Shown one piece after another: positions 25,501-37,500 of a stretch of DNA of 64,000 bases. The notes below the pieces were generated by a model that worked only from the letters and a program-made list of their open reading frames with translations, was not told the origin of the DNA and did not search any database. The stretch lies in assembly GCA_965235115.1 (NCBI GenBank), contig OZ249436.1, positions 53,074,001 through 53,138,000 of the forward strand. Direction: 5' to 3'. How positions within the stretch are numbered: position 1 is the first letter of the stretch; every line of letters starts with the position of its first letter. The position numbers were made by a program, and so were the translations under genes. The stretch comes from Laetmonice hystrix (Eukaryota).

Positions 25501-28500
25501 GTATCATTAAAAATTAGGCATTTACTCTGAATTAATTTATGTGATGGGAGTTGGTAGTCGACGCTTGTGGCAGTAGTCCATCTTTGATGATGTGCTGGAC
25601 CTGTCCTAGGATACCAGATCTATTATTGATGTTTGATGGGAGGCTGGAATCTTCTAAAAGTGGTTCTCTATGGCCAACAAAGTGTACCGGATGACCTCCG
25701 ACCAGAGTCCTTTGTTAGCCAATGGGTGTACACTTTTGTTCGCCATAACATATTGATTTGCTGGAGGAATACAACAAACATTACAGTGACTAGTAGTATT
25801 ATTGATGCATAGCCAAGTCTCGCTGCAGTTTATTCCGGCAGGTTCAAGGTTATATCAGTATGCACATACCGAGAGTTTACACATACATTGTATTATTAGG
25901 CTACCCTTACTTTTGTTTTTTTCTGCTTTCCAGAACGTCTGAATTCAAAAAGTAGAAGCTTCAGATTCATAATAACATTTAGGCATAAACAACTCGAGTG
26001 ATACCATATGTGCCTCAATAAGCATAATAATACACGTATGAAATATCTCAGCGGATGTGACTGGTAGCTGAATGAAGGGACTGTTTTTTATGGAAAGTCG
26101 TGATAAATATTACCGGGTACATGTATTTAAAATGAACTAAATATTTTTTTTTTTAAATAGGGTTTGTTGACCTGGAGGATCTATGAAATATGTAGTGATA
26201 GTCGCCCTGAATTTGCTATGAGTGCTGGACTCTTTGCAGGTTGTCAATTACAGGCCAACATGTAGATGCCAGAGTTCCTCCCATAGACGGCCTCGCACAT
26301 TTCTCGGAGCGTCTCGACTCCCAAGAATCAACCCCATATGAAAAGGAAGAGGTTTTTGTCCAGGATGGACAAATTGAAGACATTATTGCTGTTGACTACA
26401 AGACAGTGTAAGTTCACTTATTCTAAGAAGTTATCTTTTAAACAGTTTACCTTCCAACACTCGTCAAACCTGATAACTTTACATAGAACCAAATAATATT
26501 TAAAATTCTTTGCATTCCTTCAAGATATAATTAAGATATAAGGATATTCCTGTAAGCTAATGAGATCTATTACAAACCAAACTATTAACTATCATTCTGG
26601 TACCATCAACTGGCCTATCACAAGTGTTTACCCCTTGGATATTTAATGGAATCAAAAAAGTCTTTGCGGTCAAACTGTTTCTGCTTTCAAAACAAAAATA
26701 AAAAGGACAACAATCCAGGCGACTTTGTTGCTATAATACTATAACTTCATGAATCCCAAGGAAATTGGAAGAAGTCATTTTTTTCCAACCAAGCAAAATG
26801 GCAAGTTTTTTCACAACAATTTAAAATATAGATTTGCAAAGTTTTTATTCCTTCTTTTCTTTGGATAAGTCTACATAAAAACGCCTACATAAGTTGCTTA
26901 GCCCCCCTAAAATATCAGAGACAGCCGATAATCAAGATCCGTCTAGGCTCTGTATTATATATGATAAAATCCATCAAAATCCCTTTTTGAGCCCCCCCCC
27001 CCCCACCCCCCACACAAGCAAACAGGGGCAGCACCAGTCTCCCGGTAACCTCCTTAACCAAAAATACTTGTAGATATCAATTCTGTAAGGTGCCCGAGTA
27101 AGAGAAAAACATTAAGGGCGTCCTTTCAACTCGATTTATTTGTGAATCGACTGCACCAACCCGAGTTTTGGGACCTGATTCCTTTAAAAGGTTGTTAACC
27201 TGAAAACATTTCAACCTTCAATCATGTAATATAATTACAATTTTAAAATTTTTTTTAGTGATGAGGATTCTAGCGACAAACACAGACACAGGCCTCCACG
27301 ACGGCGACACTCTGGGATGCCACCCCTAACACCTCAAGCCTGCGTCAAAGACAACATAGGCAGCACAACGTTTGACTTGATATGGGCTGAAGTATGCTGA
27401 CGTTGTTGATAGTTTTCTTAGTTTTAGCTCAATCATACATTTCCTTATTGAGAAAACATCAAGACTTTTTGTGACAGTTTTGACAACGGTGAACCAGATG
27501 GTAAACATGATGATGTCAACATCCTGGCAGTTGACACATGCCAAACGGGAAGCTCCTGCAGTGTCAAAATATCCTAGCATTAGAAAAAAAGATAATACAG
27601 TGGAAAAAAGAAAAAGGTTCCCTTTGAAACGATATATAACTTTATGTTGTAAAATTTGCTGGACCTTAACTTATCATTGAACATTGACAGTGACGTTGTT
27701 TTTCTATGACGTCAGACAAATGCGCAGACTACAATGGTACTGCTGATGATGATGTCTTGTGATAGGTCCTGGGGATTCAGGTTTTTACATGAATACTTTA
27801 TGAATTATTGATTCAGGTAAACAGTTCTGGCTGCAGGCAGGTGATTAGTAAAAGGCAGGGATAACACTAGTACCCGACCTAGCCATTAACACCACGTATG
27901 AGGAGGTGTTTTAGTATTCTGAAGATAGCGTCAAAGCCAGGCCAGAGTCATAGATTTATGACTCCGTTTATCACGAGTATTGCTTTATTGGACAGGTTTA
28001 TGGCAGCATACTTCAGTATTTATGATCAGGGCAGCCACAAACAATATTGTTAGTTTGCCCTTATTTCTAATCAAGCGCTTGGCAACTGAGGGGTTGTAGC
28101 ACGATGCTTCTTCTCAAACTTTATACAAAATGCTGAAGACCAGAAGAGTGAGGACTTTCATAATCTCTGCCTCCACAGACATAACCTCTCAAAGATACTC
28201 CTGACTAATGCCTCGCCCTTCTTATCAAAACGTACCCCTTCTTTTTTTTTTATAAAAACCTCATTTTTTATGTGAATTATTCATACATTTTTTAGATTGC
28301 TGAATTTTTTCCTTTTTTATTTGGCCTTTTTAATGAAAAACACTACTGATCTACTAATTCAACATTTACTCAGTGTAAGAACAAGAACATATGTTTAAAT
28401 GGTAAATCTCATATAATTAATTACAAAGGCAAAGTTATTATTTCGATTTTAAAGCTGTAGTAAAGGAGTAATGTTCTAAGGAGTTCCTTCTTTGTTGTCA

Positions 28501-31500
28501 TCTTAAGAAAAGTATCTGTTTTAGTGTGCAGCACCGAAGAATTAACTAGTTAAAAGATTATGCCTGATGTAATTGCCTTAGCTGCCAACAAGTGCAAAAC
28601 AACCATCACTAACTGGTCTGTTCATTTCACTTCAAGTTTGCACCTCTATAGCCCTGACTATGGCACATCAACAGGGATTGTAATAACAATGTATCTACAT
28701 TTCTTTGTTCCAGGTGATATCCTGGTTAAGGGATGTCTTAAAAAAGTACTCGTTTGTGATACAAGGCAAGTTAAATGCTGATGTTAGATTTCGTTTTTAT
28801 TGGGCTGTGTCTTTGTAATTCGGAAGTACTAGAGTACACCGGAAGAAGAGACTTGGGGTTGGAGTACCATTCCCTTCTTCTAAACAAACGCAGTGTATAC
28901 TTATTAGGGCATGTGTCCTTAATATGTCCAATCTCGTATGTATAAAATTGGAAGCGCTAGAAGCCTTCCCCATTCAAATATTGATTGTAACTTTAGAGGT
29001 TTGGTTAGATATAGTGGTGTTCTGGTTACAGCATACAAACATGACGATGAGGAGCAGCGGTCGCTCGCCCTCTCCCTGCATGAGGCTGAGAGTCCTCAAG
29101 AAGACATCCTACCTCCATCTCGTGAAACTTCACTTCTCAACTCAAGTCGCCTTGACAGGGTAATAATTTAAATTACAGTGTAATGTTGTAATGTATACAA
29201 GGATTTACTGTAAAGTTTCGTGCAGCCAGATTTGTCAACTGGTAATCTTTTGGTGTGATAAGAAACTGTTTCATGGATTTCTTGAGAGCGCTCATGGCTA
29301 GTTGCCTGGAAGAAGTGTAGCTTGGAGCAGTTGGTCTCAAATCTTTTTGCTCATTGCGATTGTTGGCTCAATTAATCACAGGCTGCCAAAAAGATAGATA
29401 AAAAATTGACTAAGAAAAAAAGACTGGTGGATCAGTGAATCATGAAATTCATGGAGATGAGTGTAAATGTCGACGGTGAAGGTGCTACCATGATGTGTTG
29501 TTTGGGGTTCGTGGTAGCCCTAGAAGGAAGAACGTAAAAGTTTAAAATAGTTTACTCTTAGGTAAGGTTGCAAATCTAAAAGCCTTTTTTGAAATAAAAT
29601 TGTGAAGTTTTAAATTTCAAACCAAACAGTTTTTTTGTGGGGTTTGAAAAATTGATGTACCAAATCATAATTAATCATACTAAACATGACCTTGTTTCAG
29701 GCTTCAAGGTTACCACTGAGTTCAGCGACTCCCTACCCAGAACGTCGTGGCTTGGACGGCCTTTTGACCATTTCAACCAAAGCATTACAAAGCAGGGACC
29801 GCTCGGTTCTAGGGCAAGTATCTGAAGGCGTGTGTTCATGATTGCACAAGGAGGCCACTTCTATAGTTAAAGTGGAGGTAAAATACGTAACAGAATAATA
29901 AGGCCCTATGTATAAAATGACCACCTGACTGCTAGCAAACATGCTGCAGATAAGTTCCTATCTTTATAGGAATGACATAGATCGAGCTGAAATTTACACA
30001 AAATAAGGAAACTGGTGGTGACATTGACTAGATATGGGCTCTAAATGTCACACAGGTACATTTTTAGAATGTCTACTTTGGAACTTGTTAAATCTTTACC
30101 TCCACTTTAAAAGAACTCAAGGTCTCTGTTGGTAGATAACTGGCAGCTTGGTAGGTAGGGACTTTACATGCAGTAATAAGGTAATTCCCGGGTCTGCTAT
30201 GTTCAATGTATTTCTCCAGTGCTGATGGTGTAACTGATTCAACTGATTCAAAGTGTTTAGACTGTTAAAGGTGGAATGTCAGGCCAATATGAGCTGTTTG
30301 TGTTCGTGTTTGCCGAGATATTGGTAACTATCAATGTTTGGGGATCTTTATCACTGATCTCACATGATGGAGACTGTTGTCGATTGTAGGGAACAGATGA
30401 GTGCCGAGGCACTAGCCCAGGCCCTGCCCCTGGCCATCGTCGGAGTTCGCCCTGGTTCCAGTGGTGGTCGGTACACTGTCCGTCCAAACAGTGTCAAACA
30501 ACACGACACGAGGCTGACATCAGCTCGACTACGTACTGCGGCTGGTCGAGGGCGACTTGCACCATTAGAACGCACAAAAACACCTAGCATGGTATGATGT
30601 AGGCACAAGACATGCTGCTTACTGGTCATCAGTGTTCATACCGACAACTCCTTGGTTTCAGTTCCCTTCTTAAATGTAACCTAAAGTCAAAGAAAATAGA
30701 ATAAGGTGGTTACAATCAACACTCAATTTTTTAAGCACAATCGTCATAATGATTAGTGTTAAGAAATTTGTGATGGTTTTTGCAGGATGAAGATCGCACA
30801 ATGTTACAAAACGAGGTGCTCCGAGGGCACCGATTGGCCACTTTGAATGACACCAGCTATGCTGCCACTCCCCCACTTTCATTTCAACGAAACGGTGCTC
30901 TCCCCCCAATTGGTTTAGATCCACAGGAACCAATACTTGCAGCCAAGGTAAGGTGTTAAGTCCCAATTCAGACTTCACATCTATTAAAACTGAAGGCTCT
31001 CCGAGTCAGATTGAGACCTTATTCACCTGTATATGGTATCGAAACCTAACCTACATTTGATAAAATCATGTCTTTTTACTGTTTTCTAGAACAAGAAAAA
31101 CACTTAAAAGTAACTTTTTTACCAGTGTTAGTAATAAACTGTGATGGGCATTGGTACTTACAGGTTTAATTGTGAAGAAAAAAATTAGAGGGTCTCGTGT
31201 TATTGAACCTATAAACAGATTGTATTGGGGTAAGATGATATAATTTCTGGAAGGGAAAATAAATAATGACTTGCTAAGTGTGAACAGAGCCTTAGAACAT
31301 GGAGGTCCGAGATGAGAGTGGTCAAGCACAAGTAGTAGCATTGCACTGAATGTTTGTTTGCATGTTCTAATCTCATGGTCACAGGATGCAGTGAGTAAGC
31401 TAACTTTCTGTTCCCAACGGCATATTGTACATAATTCTATGTACAGTACTCGATGTATTACGTTAATGTTTCAGATTGTTATGTTCACCTACCATATCCA

Positions 31501-34500
31501 GATTCTTGTTACATATTTTACAACGTTATATTCACTTCAATATTTCCTTGAAATTCAAAATGCCTGCATCCTGCAGTTGTACTACCGGTATCGCTTTTGT
31601 CTGGTGATATCCCAACTTCATACCCGACACTCAACTTTCACTTTACTTTGAGGAATGTGGTTTAAAGGAACGGGCGAAAGGCCTAGAAACTTATATATAT
31701 TTATAGGATTTACCGTGTTCCCTACGGGAGGCTTATACCGTATTCTTTATAATTAGCCCACAAAATCAGTGCCCAGTATTCCCTCAGGGGGCAGAGAGTA
31801 TAGGTCAGAGTGGGCATCTTTGGTGGTAACGGGCACCAAAATGTGCCTGCACCCGAGGCCAGCCAGGGGCCGCAGCAAAGGGAGAGCTAGTTGTGGTGCC
31901 AGACACCAGAGGGCTCCACCACCTGTCGCCACAGGGGGTCACTGTGAGTAAATGGAGTGGGCATGGCATGAGTCAGTCAGGGACCAGCGTTCAGCATGAT
32001 TTTAGTACCTGCAGAACTGGGTACGCTTAACCTTAACAACAAACATGCAATCTTCGGATAGTGTAAGGGTTGACTTCAAGGTTGGTGCACCTGTAATGGT
32101 AATGGTTGCGAAAAAGAACTTTGTTGTCCTTTGTTTTCAATTTGTACTTGGATAAATGTGGTATCCAGTTAGGTAAGTATGACGCCATGGTGTGTTTGAT
32201 GACGTCATTTGATCAAAGACCAAAGAGTCTGCGGGTCCAGTATAAAAGAGGACAGTTATAGTTTAATGTTTGTTTCCATGTAGTTTGGGAGTCAATCCTT
32301 ACTGTAGAGTGTAAACCATGTTTGTGCCATGCTGACAGACAGTTTGAGGTGTTACAACCTGTAACACGCTGCATGGAGTGGTAACTGGCCTCCTTCCATA
32401 CGCCTGCTCACTGTTGGAGGCAACTTGTGGGAAGGAACAGTGTTTGTGCTGGACTGTAGCAATTAACACGCTGTTACCCTAAAGTTGTTATAAAACTTGC
32501 AATAACCAAGTGAGAAGTGAAGTTCTACACTAACAGGTTTGTCCTTGAGATAGAAGCATGTGATAATATGTTACAGTGAGGATCGTCTCTGTCTTGTTAA
32601 CAGCCAAGGTTTAAGTTGAGTACACAATGTACTCGTTTAAAGTTTTCTCATGGCGTTAGTCTGGAGGAGTCTACTTTTCCAATTCCCCGCCTCCTGGATA
32701 GTGGCAGTGAGTGTAGGGGAGTAGGATTATAGGAAAGCAAAATGGATCTGTCTGGAGCCTCTGTAGGGGCGCAGTGGATAAAAATAACAATTACACATAT
32801 ACATAACTTCACTCACTGAACAGATGCACTGATAACGAGAATGAACATTGCCGACGGTGCGTCTTTTATCGCTCCTGTAACAGTAGTAAGTTGGATAAGT
32901 TTGAAACAAACGTCTGACGGTCATGAGGACATGCTGCATGGATCGATTATAACATTTTTCATGAATTTAGTCAGACTCCAGCAATTGTGGAGAATGCTAT
33001 CAGACATCCACTTGTCATGCAGTAAAAACTGATCTTTTTACAGTACATGTAAACCTTTTACAGTGTGAACAGTATCTTGGTCAGAGTAATGGGTTTGTTT
33101 GGATAATAATCCAATTACAATATAAAAGTGTATTTAAAGCCTCTTTACATCTCACCATGGGACAGAGCTCCATTAAGTTAATTAAAAATGGATTAAACTT
33201 TTTTTTAGTAAGAGTAAATCTAATTGGCAGACATGAAAAAGGGTTGAACAATGGAGTCGGCATATGAGGATGAGAATGAGAGCCTCTCTCGAATTTCTCG
33301 CCCGCCCTTTTATTCTATGTTTAATATCGCACGTCTTACCCTGCCCTCAGGTTAGGCTGTTAATCCGCCCCGCTCCCCCCATCCCACCAGCCCCGCATGT
33401 CGTCTCTCAATAACTGGCTGACTGAAGGACATTGCATAAAGCAAGGCATCAGTCGGCATCTTGCATGTATTCCCGCCCTAGGAATGATATCACTGGCACT
33501 ATATAGGAAATTAGTACATCTGATTATGTTATTATCAAAATGTAATTGACAAATAGTAATTATTACGTGGTACATTATTCCTGTTGATTACAATTTTTTT
33601 GTGTTAAAGGTCCTAAGTGACCAATTTTTTGTTTTTTGTTTTTTTTCTGGTTCTATAACGTCAGTATCACTCTCCCCCACCTATCAAATGGTCGGGCAGT
33701 CAGGGTGGATGGCTGTTTTCTTCTTATCGCCACAGAAAAACATCAGATGCATGTATTTAATGGGTCTCATTACATTCGGTGTGAGAAAATCCAACCATTT
33801 CAAGTCCAAATCCTTGCACAATTACTTTTAAGGAATGTTAGTTGCTTCTATTGTAAAATAATCAGCAATATGTTAGGCGGCCCTTTCCAACCGAACCCGG
33901 CTGCATTAGGGCTAACTAACTATGAGGTGTGTTTTAACCTGCAGAAAGCGCACCTGGCGGGGAGAGCAAGCAGCGCCGTGCATGACAAGGAGGGCCGGCA
34001 TCCGTTCAGAGACCGGGACAGAATGGCCCTGCCTCAGGACGGTCGACCCAGCACCACACATGCCATGTACAGAGTAAGTATTCCGACCACTGACTTAAAC
34101 CAGCAGAGAATTAATCCATCATATTGAGTACACATCCTGGCTTCCTATGCCGTCAGCAAGGAAGGGAATATCTCACAAGATCTCAGATGATATTCCCATC
34201 ATAACACTATTTCTGTCTAATTTTGATAAGCAATTTTTTTAGTGCATGCATTACCAGTTTCAGCCATAAGTTTTGACTTTTGCTCAACCATATGCAGACT
34301 TTTGCAGGCACTTGTTCGTGTGTTGATTGCAGTCAGATACACCTTTATCAAATCGCCGCTCAATGACACCTCTAAGCTTCGGTAGTAATCGGATGGCACA
34401 GGGTATGGCTGCCCTCGGCCTAGGTAAGACAAACACGTTCTCATCTCATCAGTAGTTACTACTCTCATTATTTGTAGTGTTCAGTATTTTCAATAAGAAA

Positions 34501-37500
34501 AGATAGAAGGGGAAGTTGACAAAGTAGGAGGTGGCCGCAGGTTCCTGTGCCCCGGACCTTTGGTCAGTGTGGGGAGGGGGAACCCACCTCCCGCCTTATG
34601 CCTGAGGACATGGACTAAAAATGTTTTTTTATTTTGAAAAAGTTGCCAACACTATTTGGAAAGTAGGTGGGGAAAACCCCGGCCGCCGGGACTGAGTGTT
34701 AGGCCCAGAGCATTGTAACGTTTCCTTTTGTTTCTCTTTATTAAGGTATTTATTAATTTGATCAAAGTTTGTGCCCTCTATTGTTGTAGCGGCCTCCCAC
34801 GCCCACGTGCCACAGCTAGATGTTCGTGGTAGTTCCATCAACCCGCACGCGGAGAGCGGCGGTCCAGACCTAGAGGACAGTCACCAACTGGACGAGATGA
34901 TTCATACACATTGGGGTATGTCTAGTTGGTCAATCACCCACGCTCCCAGGCTGGGAACTTTTAAGTTAAAGGAATAGTCTGGGACCAAAGGAAGCAAGTT
35001 GTAGAAACTAAACTGGAGTGAGAGCTAGTACGTCAACTAATGTGGTTATCTGGGGAAAGATTGCGACTTCCTGCACCAACATGACTTGTGGTCGCAAGGA
35101 TCAGTTTTGTAACTCACAATGTGATTTATTTTCTAGACCTAACTTACACTCTGTTCCCAGACTGCTATTGCTTTTGTTTGTTGGGCGTTTCTTCATGGTA
35201 CGCTAAAATTTCCGTTGGTGGGCACCTTGGAAATTCAACGATATATACATTATCCGCCCCCCCCCCCCTGTTTGCTTTCATGTGCTTTGGCTGATACTAT
35301 TTTGAAGAGGTCATGGGGGGGCGGAGGTCATGGAAGAAATGGATGAAAATATGTACTCAACCCATGACAATTTCTCTTAAGTTAGTACCGTAATGAGAAG
35401 TTAGTTGTTCACAAAGTAGAAACGGTGACAGTAAGGTGTAGAATAGCCGTTATGTGTTCAGTCTGAGTATTCCAGGTGATATTGACATTGTGTGCAGAAA
35501 TCAGATTATCCAGTCTAATTAACCAGACATGCAGGGACGGGGATGAAGGATGGTGGGTTTAGATAACGGTAGAAAATTCTCACTAATGGTGACTCCTCCT
35601 CCTGTACATTGGATGTGCCGCGGTGGCGCCACTAAGCGGCGGTTGTCCTTACCAATAGGCCACTCATTCCCCCCGCCGCGGGTTCGACTCGGGCCGGCAC
35701 CAGTCTCTCCACCCCGACACAGGTCCGACTCCTTCCACTTGTAAGATGACACGTTTCATGACGTCACAGACTCATCAGAGAGTGTGAGTTTAAAGGTGGT
35801 TGGCTGGGTATGAACTGATGAGTGCAGTTTTCACTAAACCATATTCAGTCTAATAAGTGTGCAGTGTGATTAATATTTTTCCTTGTCCTTGTTTGACGTG
35901 CTGTGGTCATAATTTCATCATTACTCGCAGATAAATATCTGAATCGGTTATCCTAACTTGTCTAATATTAAGGTACATCTCCAGTGGTCCAAACTTGAAC
36001 TGCTCACTTTTCAGTTTGCTGTCTGTGTCAGGCACTGATCGAAGAAGGTCGTAATTAATGCGCCCAAATTTAGAATTTTTTTCTAGAGGCCATCTTCCAT
36101 TCTCTTTGGTTGATCTAGGCCAATCGGGGAACAGACCCCCGTTACCAGGGGTTACCAGCCGACTTTTAAACCATCACCAGTTTCTGCTGGCCGGTTGATC
36201 TAGGCCTATCGGGGAACAGACCCCCCATTACCAGGGGTTACCAGCCGACTTTTAAACCATCACCAGTTTCTGCTGGCCGGTTGATCTAGGCCAATCGGGG
36301 AACAGACCCCCGTTACCAGGGGTTACCAGCCGACTTTTAAACCATCACCAGTTTCTGCTGGCCGGTTGATCTAGGCCAATCGGGGAACAGACCCCCGTTA
36401 CCAGGGGTTACCAGCCGACTTTTAAACCATCACCAGTTTCTGCTGGCCGGTTGATCTAGGCCAATCGGGGAACAGACCCCCGTTACCAGGGGTTACCAGC
36501 CGACTTTTAAACCATCACCAGTTTCTGCTGGCCGGTTGATCTAGGCCAATCGGGGAACAGACCCCCGTTACCAGGGGTTACCAGCCGACTTTTAAACCAT
36601 CACCAGTTTCTGCTGGCCGGTTGATCTAGGCCAATCGGGGAACAGACCCCCGTTACCAGGGGTTACCAGCCGACTTTTAAACCATCACCAGTTTCTGCTG
36701 GCCGGTTGATCTAGGCCAATCGGGGAACAGACCCCCGTTACCAGGGGTTACCAGCCGACTTTTAAACCATCACCAGTTTCTGCTGGCCGGTTGATCTAGG
36801 CCTATCGGGGAACAGACCCCCGTTACCAGGGGTTACCAGCCGACTTTTAAACCATCACCAGTTTCTGCTGGCCGGTTGATCTAGGCCAATCGGGGAACAG
36901 ACCCCCGTTACCAGGGGTTACCAGCCGACTTTTAAACCATCACCAGTTTCTGCTGGCCGGTTGATCTAGGCCAATCGGGGAACAGACCCCCGTTACCAGG
37001 GGTTACCAGCCGACTTTTAAACCATCACCAGTTTCTGCTGGCCGGTTGATCTAGGCCTATCGGGGAACAGACCCCCGTTACCAGGGGTTACCAGCCGACT
37101 TTTAAACCATCACCAGTTTCTGCTGGCCGGTTGATCTAGGCCTCTCCGGGAACAGACCCCCGTTACCAGGGGTTACCAGCCGACTTTTAAACCATCACCA
37201 GTTTCTGATGGCTGGTTGATCTAGGCCTATCGGGGAACAGACCCCCGTTACCAGGGGTTACCAGCCGACTTTTAAACCATCACCAGTTTCTGCTGGCCGG
37301 TTGATCTAGGCCTATCGGGGAACAGACCCCCGTTACTAGGGGTTACCAGCCGACTTTTAAACCATCACCAGTAATTTCTGCTGGCTGGTTGATCTAGGCC
37401 TATTGGGGAACAGACCCCCCATTACCAGGGGTTACCAGCCGACTTTTAAACCATCACCAGTTTCTGCTGGCCGGGAGAGGTCTTGTGTTTGCGTTAGCAG

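Noticed and set aside
36108..37474. CRISPR-like array
   Set aside because: Units are contiguous and near-identical with no unique spacers, no cas genes, and the context is a eukaryotic intron.
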